A stretch of DNA of 64,000 nucleotides from Mayamaea pseudoterrestris (lineage: Eukaryota). The translations under genes and the position numbers were made by a program. The stretch lies in NCBI GenBank assembly GCA_027923505.1, contig BROI01000009.1, positions 434,001 to 498,000 of the forward strand, written 5' to 3'. This document shows positions 23,375 to 33,850 of the stretch, piece by piece (within the stretch, counting starts at the first letter, position 1; each line of letters begins with the position of its first letter). Below the pieces are notes generated by a model. It ran no database searches and was not told the origin of the DNA. It saw only the letters and a program-made list of their open reading frames with translations.

Positions 23375-25852
23375 ATGACGGCCATGGATCTGGCGCAGCG
23401 CTTTGAAACTGCAGCGGCATCCACCGCAACTCCTACAAGCATTTCGCAACTACGAATGGAGAACGAAAACGCAGGAGGCAAGAATTATGCTGCCATTCTT
23501 TTCGAGAGTTTCGCGACGAGCATGCTATCAATCCCGACAATCCTGTTGACTGCTTCGACGAATCGCATGGCAATGAATCCATTCACGCGCCAGCAGCAAC
23601 TGATTTCCAAGGAGGAATCCATTCGAGCTTGTCTCTTTGGAAATCAAGACGGCCGCGTCGACTTGTGGAAGCTGCGAGAATTTTGCTTGACGCCTGGAGG
23701 CTTGCTGAATCACGAATTGCGCCAGTTGGCTTGGCCGAAATTATCACGCTGCCGCCACGCGATTGTATCCAACGACATTCACGGCAAGGCGCATCCTTCC
23801 AAGGCTTGCATGAAAGCCTTGCGCGAAGGAGTAGCGCATGCTACGTGGAACGTGGAGGAATGTCGTCGCATTTTGCTCAGTGGACGCGAGCCAATGATTC
23901 AAGAGGCGCCCGACCTGGAGGTGCACACCGACAACAAGACGCCCATTCGCATGGTTCGTTTCGAAAATGACAATGGCATTTCTTCAACGTCTCGGAGTCC
24001 AATTGCTAAGAGTTCGACGTCTCCTGAGCGAATGGACATTTCTCCGGCGAGTACAACAACGTCGCCATCATGTTCCTTGGGCAATGACAGTCGCTGCAAC
24101 TCGGAGTATACGGAAACACTAGTCAAGCCGTTGGAAAATAATTGGCCCCTTGATTCGCCGGATGAGAATACACTTATACAAAAGACTTTGCAGACGACGA
24201 AACATAAGCCATCATCGCCAGAGGAGCAGTTGATACTCTACAGGATCGTCCAACACTTGCTCTCCACTCCTCCGCCTACGTACGAGTCAACGAACAATGA
24301 CGGCTGGTATTATGGCACAGAAGACAACCAGAACCAATATTATTACGCTCCAGGTCTTCCTGACATTGCGGCGCTACTTTGGATTCATTTTGACTCGCTT
24401 TCGTTGTCGACGGTTGTTTTGCAGCAGATGGCCAAGTCGTCACTGCGCCATGCACTTTGTGGCGCTGAAACAGAACAAGAACTTGCGAAGGCGATTGCTT
24501 TTTCTCTGCTGGAACACTTTGAGCCCAAGCTTTATCACCGCGTCAAGACTAGTGGGCGCTGTAAAATGGCTGTTATACAACTTGCCAAGTGCTGGATGAA
24601 TGGGAGCTGGATGAGTGGTCTGGATATGACCGTGGCGGCTCGTCTCCTGGACGCAATCATGATCTCTCATCCTATCTTTTCCGCCTATGCCTGCATGGCC
24701 GTCATGACGGGTCACCGTGACGATGTGCTGGAGACGATGACGGTGCTTGATGACTTGAGTAAGGTGAATGGAGTTGACGAACGAGATGATGGAACGTCAA
24801 TGTCGATGATCATGGAGGTCGTCGCAAGTGCTTTGCATGACTTGGAGAGCGCAGAGAAGATTGTCCAACAAGCGCTTGTTTACATGAAAGCAATGCCGCC
24901 ACAGGAGCTTGTTGGTCGAATCATGGAGCTAAATGAAAGCGAGTCAAGTACTTTCTCGGTGGCTCGAGCTCTGGCAGTGGAGCTTCCAGAGTGGTCGACG
25001 GCGCCCTGCGATTTTATCCTTGACATGGATGGAGCTTCGGATGGGAACATTACTAATATTGCCACATTTGTCGCTGATGGCTTGGAAATTAAGCATCCAC
25101 TGGCCAATGCCGCGTTGGGTTTGCCGGATCGCATCGCCATCACTCGCAAGATACTGATTGCACTGGTTCTAGTCGCTGCAGTGGCGATACTCTGCATATT
25201 CATGGTATCTTGTGCAGCATTCAATTACCCCTTTAATAGTGATGGTGCAACATCAATGCCTCCTCGAGAGGGTGTCGACTTGGAGTTTTTGTCAGTGGTG
25301 CCGCACAAGGTTGTATCTGCCGCTGCTTCGCAGTCCAACCTTACGATTGATGATGCGCCATTCCCGACAATGGACGAGAGAGATTATTTAAACATCGGGT
25401 GGTGCTTGGCTCAAGAGCCGACGACGCTTCGCGACATTGACTGGAAGCCCCATGCTTTTGTCTACGACCGTAAGTTCATGACGAAGGGCAATCACTCCGA
25501 AATGACCGAAAGCTTGTCCACAAGCGATCATCATATACTCCCACCAAAGACAAGAGGCAAGCGTGGCGATATTATCAATGTGGTGTTGCAGCTCAAGTCT
25601 GTAGTAGTAAGCAAAATCAAGGACCACCAAACCGACTTTTCCATTGTGTACGCAAATGGCAAGGTTGTTGTCGCCGTCGTCTTCAATAATCTGAAGAAGG
25701 ATGCATTCGAGAAATTTCAATCGCAGCAGTGTCGTTTGGCAAAGGTTCAAGTCATTTCCAAAAAGATCTATAAAAAGTGGACACAAGACGCGCGCGAACT
25801 GTTGGTTTGGGCGATGCCTGCCGACGATGAGGAGTGGATGGATTTCTTGTAG
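23375..25852 (+). CDS. TBC1D20/Gyp8-like Rab-GAP (TBC) domain membrane protein with degenerate catalytic motifs
   Basis: 825-aa ORF with VDLWKLREFCLTPGGLLNHELRQLAWPKL, YYYAPGLPDIAALL, ARLLDAIMISHPIFSAY and a transmembrane helix ILIALVLVAAVAILCIFMV. Confidence 0.75.
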   Translation: MTAMDLAQRFETAAASTATPTSISQLRMENENAGGKNYAAILFESFATSMLSIPTILLTASTNRMAMNPFTRQQQLISKEESIRACLFGNQDGRVDLWKLREFCLTPGGLLNHELRQLAWPKLSRCRHAIVSNDIHGKAHPSKACMKALREGVAHATWNVEECRRILLSGREPMIQEAPDLEVHTDNKTPIRMVRFENDNGISSTSRSPIAKSSTSPERMDISPASTTTSPSCSLGNDSRCNSEYTETLVKPLENNWPLDSPDENTLIQKTLQTTKHKPSSPEEQLILYRIVQHLLSTPPPTYESTNNDGWYYGTEDNQNQYYYAPGLPDIAALLWIHFDSLSLSTVVLQQMAKSSLRHALCGAETEQELAKAIAFSLLEHFEPKLYHRVKTSGRCKMAVIQLAKCWMNGSWMSGLDMTVAARLLDAIMISHPIFSAYACMAVMTGHRDDVLETMTVLDDLSKVNGVDERDDGTSMSMIMEVVASALHDLESAEKIVQQALVYMKAMPPQELVGRIMELNESESSTFSVARALAVELPEWSTAPCDFILDMDGASDGNITNIATFVADGLEIKHPLANAALGLPDRIAITRKILIALVLVAAVAILCIFMVSCAAFNYPFNSDGATSMPPREGVDLEFLSVVPHKVVSAAASQSNLTIDDAPFPTMDERDYLNIGWCLAQEPTTLRDIDWKPHAFVYDRKFMTKGNHSEMTESLSTSDHHILPPKTRGKRGDIINVVLQLKSVVVSKIKDHQTDFSIVYANGKVVVAVVFNNLKKDAFEKFQSQQCRLAKVQVISKKIYKKWTQDARELLVWAMPADDEEWMDFL

Positions 25853-25944
25853 CGGCGAACATAACCCAAACTATGGTCCTCGTGTATAAATAAATAGTCA
25901 ATCATGCTTCGCATCATTCATTCATGTATTGTATACGTTTATAT

Positions 25945-28156
25945 TTAAGAAAGCATGCCCGTTGCTTCCAGCAATTCCACTAGCGCATCCAAATGGTAAT
26001 CGAGATTGTGAATGCCAAAGCCGATTCGTAGATAAGCCACCCCATGCACAATTTTGTAATCCAGTCCGAATGGAAGATTCTCAACAATCTTGGTGACTGG
26101 AATGGCCATAGTGTTCGAATCCGACAGCGCCGCCACTTGCGAATCAGAGAGCAACGTTCGAACGCGAGCAAGGAAGGCGTTTTTGATATTTTGCACATAG
26201 TCATGTTGCGACTGCACATTTGCCATGGCTTTTAAAACCCTGGTTGCAACAAAGGACGCCTCAACACCGGACGGTGTTCCGCCGTCCCACTCCAAACCGT
26301 CATCGTAGAGGAGCTGGTGTGTTCCAGTCACCAGCGTCTCGTTTTCGACGAGCCCGCTGAGTGATGCTGTCCATCCGCTCGCCGGACTAGCAATAACGCC
26401 AATTTCTGCCGCCGGATACGTGAGAAATCCAAGTCCTTCGCCACAACGGGCGTGCTGGACAATAGCAATTTTTTTGAGAATGCACACAAATCTGTAACAT
26501 GCGAGCTTTCATTTCGCTTACCTTGATAAGTGATCCGACCAGAAATACATTTGGCCGAACCACTACAGGTCCCAAAGTTAGCGGTAGATTGGCCACAGCT
26601 TGGGTCACGTCCAATACGACAATGGTACTGAGCGGTACATGCTCAATCCAATCAACTGACACGACTTTCTGTGTACATGAATTAACGAGCGAAACAAACA
26701 CAAGCCTTTCAATTTGCTCTTGTTCCTCCTTTTCCTCGCCCATCGCATCGCTAGGCGAAAGCAAATTAACAGTGGACTGCTCCACTACGTCATAGATTGA
26801 AGTACGTCGAACTGTCGCTCCAGACTGTCCCAACAGAGCAGCGACCCTCTGAAACGTGACAAACTCATCGTCTGCCATCCACACCGTCAGATCAGATGCC
26901 TTGACAAGTAGTTGAATCGAAGCCACGAGTCGAGCCAAAACTTCTGTGACGCTGGATCCAAGTCCGATACCAAACACAAAATCTTCTCCATCCACTCCGA
27001 CAAGCAGCCGCTTTAGCTCAAGGCAATATGCTGGCCGAATCGTCTTGTAAAAGTACTCCCAAAGTTTTGTTCGTTGCGAGCGCCGAATCTCGGCAAACTC
27101 TCGCTTGGCCTCATCAAATATTCGCGGCGGAAATCCAATGGAGTGCGTTCCAAACTCGGGTCCTACATCGTCAAACAAGGCAACGTAGTGATCCGCCAAT
27201 GGATACGTTTCATAATCGCGCAACTGGCGCATTTCAATTCCAGTTCCTGTCATGGGAGTCCGCAAAGACCCCAGTGCCTTCAAAAGTCGCGACCCATGCA
27301 AGCGTCGTAGTACGCGCTCGACTAAAATGGTATTTGGCGTGCCCTTGGTTCCGTGCGTAATTCCAATGGCTGTCGTGGCCGTGACAACGTGATCGAGCCA
27401 GCAACGCGAAAGAGCATCTAGGCAATCCATAAAGGCTTGTGCAACTAAACCGACAGGTGTCTGATTATTCATGTGCTGCGACAATGTTTCATCCGAGAGT
27501 CTGTCAAAGAACGACTCGAGAGAACCAGTCTTGTGCGTCAGCGCCATCATGTTCGGCGAGTTCCCACCAGAGACCCCCGCTAAAGACGTCACATATTTCA
27601 AATATTTCATGCGATCCAGTTTCGCTACTCCTCGCATGAGATGCGTGACTGCAACCCAACCATTGCAAGCGTATTTGCATTCCTGCACAATGAATCGAGC
27701 GTCAACAAGATTCAACTTCTGCAACTGGTCGTGTTGCTCGATTTGGTATCGCATAAGACTGCAGATGCGCGCAAGACTTGGCTGAAGGGCGACTAGAATG
27801 AGTTCGATTCGTTGATGATGCGATACAAAGTGTTCGCGGAGTTGGTGCAAGTCGGCAGATGACAATGAACTTGTGGATGCATTTGCAGACGAACAAGCAT
27901 TTTCACCTCCAAGAGCATGGTCATACCAACGAATTCGCGATAGTAAGTTCGCTGGTAGTATTTCAGTAACTTGTGACTCCCAGCAAGTTGGCTCGGGGCA
28001 GCAAGTGCACGCCAAAACCTTCCAAACTGATCGAAAGGACGATTGTGACGACGCCTGCACAAGGGCGTCGTAGGCGACCCAACTTTTGTAGTAGTCACCA
28101 GCGCTAATCTCCACTGCATTCACAGTCATGTTCTTCTTGCTTTCGTAACTGCTCAT
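25945..28156 (-). CDS. Fusion of a tryptophan 2,3-dioxygenase-superfamily domain (N-terminal) and a class-V PLP-dependent kynureninase-like domain (C-terminal); exons 28156-26522 and 26454-25945
   Basis: TDO-like motifs YKSWVAYDALV, HHQRIEL, KYLKYVTSLAGVSGGNS and WLDHVVTATTAIGITHGTKGT. PLP-fold motifs GTHSIGFPP, DDEFVTF, LDVTQAVANLPL, VGSLIK|HARCGEGLGFL, GWTA, WDGGTP and LRIGFG. A 67-bp phase-0 intron at 26455-26521. Confidence 0.75.
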
Positions 28157-28314
28157 TATGGTCGTGTAATGAGATGTCAAGGGCAGTTTTTTTATTCAGA
28201 GATTGATTGACGCGATCATCGTCGGCATCAACGATCTTGCGTGCTGTCTGTGACGGAACATTCACGTTGCAATGAGGTTGAAAACATAGTGTACACGCGT
28301 GAAAGCTCAGTGAC

Positions 28315-28370
28315 AGGCAATAATTAGAAACATGTGTTAATGAATACTGCGTCGTAAGGCTATAATAAAA
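28315..28370 (+). repeat. Dispersed copy (~1.3 units) of the 42-bp minisatellite
   Basis: AGGCAATAATTAGAAACATGTGTTAATGAATACTGCGTCGTAAGGCTATAAT aligns with the 14782-15066 units. Confidence 0.65.
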
Positions 28371-29464
28371 GGATCGAACGAATGATCGGACTATAAAAAA
28401 ATACGGCCCTAATGAGTCACAGTGACAAGCATAAATATCAATGAAGTATGATGTACTCCACGCTCCGACGGAACTTCAACAAGTTGATGATGGCGTCGTT
28501 GTCGTGCGGTTGACCAGACCATGCTTGATGCTTTATTCATCGGTATTTTGGAAAGTGAGCGTAGTCTCCGACAATAGATAAGTGCTCAAATGTTTTAATC
28601 TTTACGAGCCATAGAGGACAGAGGACAGAGATTGTGCCGGTGCCGAGGCTCTTGACAGAGCAACCGTCCGTCTCGCATCTCGCAGCATCCTTCCAAATTG
28701 TTCCATTTCGGTGCTGCACAACGACTGACCTGTAGCTTGACTGCCACCAAACCGAAAAGCTGAATTCGTTCAAGACGTCTCTTCAACCACTGAGACTATA
28801 CATCAAACATAAGCGTCACGTAAGCGGCGCACTCCGCACTCGCTCACGCACCTCGCACTGTGTACAAAAGCATTCTGGATCTTTGGGGCGCAGAACACCT
28901 TTCAGGCAGATGGCAGATGGCATACTCCGGCATGTTTCGCGGACTACTGACATGACTGAATACAGATGTATCCATCCAATCTTCTGCCTCTTCTGCCTCT
29001 TCATGTCAAACCTCTTTTTTCTCTCGTTGACGAAAGAATGCACCTTGGCGCCTTGGTGGCAGTGTTGGAATACAGCCAATACATATCGCATGTTGATACC
29101 GGTATATTTGACTTGGAACCAGACAAGCAAAGCATTTCCGACATGGAGAGATACATACGATATGAAGCACGATTCGGTGTCTGACGCAACACGAATGCGT
29201 CAATGGACGGGCCAGTGGTGCAAACTGGCCCACTCTAGCAGACTTGAAAGCAAGCTGCATGCATCATCTGGGCAATAACGGACTTTCATCTCCGGTAGCA
29301 GTACGTGAATTGGTTTGTAATGGGATTCACGCCACAAACAGATAAACAAGGTAATAATAATTTGCTTTTAAATGACGTAGAAGCTATATCGCTGTAATAC
29401 GTTTGCATAACCTTGTTCATTGACGCTGCAAGCAGTCAAATTAACACAATTGTGCCCGTACATG

Positions 29465-30708
29465 CTATTGCGCAACCGGCGGCCCAGTCTGCGGAAGCTT
29501 GCGCGGACACTGAAAACGACCAACCAAGGCATCCATCGATCCCGTGCAACTGTCCGACGACTCGAAAAGGCGCATGGCCTGCCGAGCGGTAAATTGATCC
29601 TCTAACGCAGCGTCCATCTGATAGAACGCGCGACAAGCGGCATCATCCGACGCCACCGCACTCGCTGATTTCCATGTCGTTGGCAAAATCACTTCGTCGT
29701 CAAACGCAGCCGTCACATCGACAGTCACGGGGTCGCGATCATTTCCTACCTTGGAGGCCAAGTCCACAATCACCAACTCGTACAATTCCTCTCGGCTCTC
29801 ATCCTCCTCCTCGACAGCGAAACTGTCGTCGTCCCTGACACTCTTTTGGGAAAACTTCTTTGTGACAATTGGATCCATGCGCCACAATTGCTTTTTCACT
29901 GGCTCGTCGGCTGACAATGATGAGCTACCATCATGAATGTCAAAGTCCAAAGCTGCCGCGTGGCTCCATTCCTCCAAGCCGGGCTCGGCCATGTGGTTGG
30001 TGTCTTGCTCGACCACGTCCAAGGCCATGTCCTTCTTCCTTTCACCAACCACCTTAAAGAATGCTGGCTCTTGCTTTAAATACTTGGTAAGCGCCTTGGC
30101 ATATTGCTGCGCCAATTTAGCCATTTCCAGCCACTGTCCGGCCATGTCATTGTCGCGCTGTTGAATGGCATCAAGTGCGTTCGTGTACGCCGATTCTTCA
30201 AAGACCATAGCGTCACCCAAGGGATAAAGTGAGGTCGTCTCAGATGCGTAGACCTATGTAGAACGACGATTGAAATAAAGATTGCCATAAGCCAATGTGA
30301 GTGCGATTATAAGAAATGGAGTTCATTGCGTTGCAACCTTTTTTCTGTACATACCTGTCCAGGCCTGAGTTCCTTCAAGATGGCCATGCTCGTTTTAATT
30401 TGCTCCACAACTCTTTCGGCTTCCATTCTCATCATGACAAGCAGTATCGATCGATACGATGGGCTCAGACTGGACGGGAGAGAAGCCAGCTTGCTCGTGT
30501 TTTGGCTTGATCGAGACTTGTGTTTGTTGCCGCATCGAAGCAAGAGGAGAAAGAGCATGATGTTGATGATGACGATGCCGATGACTGAGCTCGTGTGTGT
30601 TCGCCGTTTCTTGCGCTCAACTGCTCCTGGACATATCGCCGCAATCGCTAATGCTTTGGATTCCCGAAATGCAGTTGAAGAGTGACTGCTTGAGATATTG
30701 GAATACAT
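29465..30708 (-). CDS. Hypothetical protein, two exons (30708-30355, 30253-29465); start uncertain
   Basis: Canonical phase-0 intron 30254-30354 (GTATGT...ATAG) joins ...ELRPGQ to VYASETT... and the 251-aa acidic ORF. No family recognised. Confidence 0.55.
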
Positions 30709-31282
30709 ATATGTCGTGTGCGTTGGGCAAGTCAGTCGTGACACGATCCGATGAATGAGTCCGCCTCGCTCGAAGCGTTCCTCTCGGTATCCTCAAAGCT
30801 CATGATTGTATGGACACATGCTACGTTGCCTCCCTGTATCTTCTGTCTATCAAAGCAAATGCTGATGGTAAAACGCTAGTCGAAATGGCGAAACGATACT
30901 GGTGCAGTGAGGATTGAGGCCTGAGGCCAGAGGGAATGGATTCGGTTTGCTCCTTCGCTGCATTCACAGCTTTGCTTTTGATTCAAATTTAAAGGTTTCC
31001 GCAGTCAATGAACCGGTAAACGAGGAAGTTTCGTCTGATGGCCGCCGTGGTCGGATCGCGATTCGGCATGATGTACGTACCGGTATGTCGTGGCGCGCCG
31101 TCGCGCCAATTCTAAAGTTGCGGTGCGACATTCTTGGATCACGTCGTCGAGACGTCCTGTCGTCACGGCCAAGAACAAACACATCCGACGACCAGCAGCC
31201 TGCTGGGATGTAATTTCACCTACCGCAGCAGTGTACAAGCACCCTACTACTGTCAGACAATCTTTGGTATTATATCAAAATC

Positions 31283-31913
31283 ATGTCTCAATCAATCGCC
31301 GCCGCAAAACGCCTGCGCAAAGAACTCCAAGTATTGCAGAAGCAGGAAGCAGATTCTCACGTTTTCCTTCGCATCGCTTCGACGGACAATCTTTTATTAT
31401 GGAAGGCTTGGATCAAGGGACCAGAAGATACTCCTTACGAGGGAGGTGTTTTTGAATTGGATATTCGATACGGAAATGACTACCCACTGGCGCCGCCGTC
31501 TATTGTGTTTTGCACCAAGGTACGTAGGTCCGTAGCGTATTGCAACGTGTGTCGAGGCCCGATTGGTTTTGTTTGCTCGAGACACCGTCTACTCATTCCT
31601 CTTTCGTTCACCGTACATTCATCTCACTCATTGCAAACAGATTTTTCATCCTAACGTTCACTTTCGGACTGGTGAGATTTGTCTGGATATACTCAAAAAG
31701 GAATGGTCGCCAGCATGGGGCCTGCAGGCGGCATGTCGAGCAATACTAGCTTTGCTCAGCGATCATGACGCGACTAGTCCATTGAACTGCGATGCGGGAA
31801 ACATGGTTCGAGCAGGGGATTTGCTAGCATTTAATAGTACAGCTGCCATGTATACCATGGAGAACGCGCGGTTTTATGCTTGGCCGGGTGCAATGGGAGG
31901 CGAATACAAATGA
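31283..31913 (+). CDS. PEX4: Ubiquitin-conjugating enzyme E2, PEX4 (peroxin-4) type; exons 31283-31519 and 31641-31913
   Basis: KRLRKEL, GPEDTPYEGG, intron 31520-31640, then IFHPNVHFRTGEICLDILKKEWSPAW and SPLNCDAGNMVRAGD, which are characteristic of PEX4-type E2s. Confidence 0.88.
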
Positions 31914-32180
31914 ATGCTAATAGTTGCGGCCGTCAATGGACTAGAAATACGACAAATACATACAGTGCAATGTGTCTTCTCCTAATTGGAAACGCTGCCT
32001 CGAGATTAAGCTGCATATGGATATACCGTGCTTGAATACATCATCATTGCCACTTTGGACCTTTTAAACGTGTTCAAGAGTTGCCGATTGCCCCAAGGAT
32101 GTATTATGATACGGAGATGCAGATACTCCAAACTGTAGTAATAGTGGTAGGATATATCCGGACATGCTTCACGAGATTAA

Positions 32181-33222
32181 ACACATTCGCGGAGCGGGGA
32201 GGTGGTAGGATCAATGCTTTTTAGGGAGCAGTGGCATTCGCGCGCTTCGCGCGCGCAAATACTGTCAAACCGTAGACAAAAGTAAAATTGATACTGGCCC
32301 CGTAACAATTTGCTTATTTGTAGCCAGAATCTAGATGGGTAGATGCCAACAATTTTTGTCTATATGGAAGAAAAGGAAAGACTAGAGATTGCATAGACGG
32401 AACAGTAATCAATGGCTCTACTGAGAGATTACGCCTAAAGTAAAGCAACATCTCTTGGGATAGCTAACACGGTCATTGCGAGGGGTCATTGTGCATGTCC
32501 GAACATGCTTCACGACATTAATTGGCATGCTGCCACTGCGACACAGATGACGTCAAGCTTTCGGCGCATGCAATGACCCTGACCCTCACAATGACCGTGT
32601 TAGCTATCCCAAAACACATTGCTTTACTTTAGGAGCATGTTTTCAACAAGTCATTAACTACCACTCAATCACTGCAATCTCTAGCCACTCCTTTTGTTCC
32701 ATTTAGAAAGAATTGTTGGCATCAACCCATCAATAGGTTGCTTTGAAGACCAGTGTCAACAACAAAGGAGTCAGTGATATTGCTGTCTCTACTGTTTAAC
32801 AGTGTTGTGTGCACGGAGCGCGCAAATGTCTTTGCAGGCTTTGTGAAACCATTGATCCTACCACCTCCCCGCCCCGCGAATGTGTTTGTGTGATACTGCC
32901 GCTGCGACTGCATGACGTTTCGCTTTGGGCGCCTGCAATGACCACTCACAATGACCGTGTTAGCTAATTCAAATAGCATTGCTTTACTTCACTGTCAAGA
33001 GTATGCTTATAATAGAGCTAATGATTACCACAATTAATGCAATTTCTAACCTCCTCCTCCTGTTCCATATAGACAAGTTTTCAGCATCTACTGTTGCTGT
33101 AAAGGCCAATGTCAATTTACTGTGTCTACTGTTGGCAGGCTTTGTGCGCGCGGAGCGCGCAAATGCCTTTGCAGGCTTCGTGAAACCATTGATCCTACCA
33201 CCTCCCCGCCCCGCGAATGTGT
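32181..33222. mobile_element. Foldback/MITE-like element: three ~330-360-bp related units in orientation > < <
   Basis: ACACATTCGCGGAGCGGGGAGGTGGTAGGATCAATG (32181) is the reverse complement of CATTGATCCTACCACCTCCCCGCCCCGCGAATGTGT (32850-32885 and 33187-33222). The inner block GCTAACACGGTCATTG (32463) also has inverted copies at ~32589 and ~32949. Confidence 0.7.
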
Positions 33223-33397
33223 TATATATGGTGCATATGCCTCACGACTACTCAAATGATTTGCATGCTGTATTTATTAACTTCCGGTGTCGTTCGTTAG
33301 CAACTAAGATTGTCGAATGAACCTTAACGCTATGTGTGGTGTACTTTTTGACGAGCAGTTTCTGCGTCGTTGCGTCGTTGCGTCGTTGCACACTTCC

Positions 33398-33850
33398 ATG
33401 ACCATGACGATGCTTGCCGGCCGCTCCCGACTGCTTCTGCGGTTCGTCCAAAGTAATCAGCACCAGCAACTAACTCGAATCGATTCTCGAACAATTTCAA
33501 AGGCAAACAATTTAGACGAGATTAAGCCCGACTCTGCATCCGTTTCCAATGAAGTCAAACTCAAGAATGGCGCCCTAGCCGCGACACTCGTCGCCTTTTG
33601 TTTTGGCGTCGCTTGGTATTCTACTTATGCGGTCGGGCAAGCCGGAGGTGGAGCCGAAGATCCTATAGCAGCGCTTCGAAACGAAGCCTCTGCTGCTCAG
33701 GAAAAACAAGAACGGGAGAATCGTCACGCCAATGAAGCGAATGAATTAATGAAGCAGTTTCAATCTGGCGAACATGATCCTGATCGAATTGACGAGGAAG
33801 ACGTCGCAGATAACAGGACTCCGAAAAGACCATGGTATAAAGCTTGGTAG
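33398..33850 (+). CDS. Mitochondrial COA3/CCDC56-like small membrane protein
   Basis: Arg-rich transit-like N-terminus, KLKNGALAATLVAFCFGVAWYSTYAVGQ transmembrane motif similar to COA3, and a coiled-coil tail. (TGCGTCGT)x3 lies just upstream. Confidence 0.55.
   Translation: MTMTMLAGRSRLLLRFVQSNQHQQLTRIDSRTISKANNLDEIKPDSASVSNEVKLKNGALAATLVAFCFGVAWYSTYAVGQAGGGAEDPIAALRNEASAAQEKQERENRHANEANELMKQFQSGEHDPDRIDEEDVADNRTPKRPWYKAW

Noticed and set aside
28441..29300. Possible spliced plus-strand gene
   Set aside because: Candidate splice sites exist, but every joined frame hits stops; no family recognised.
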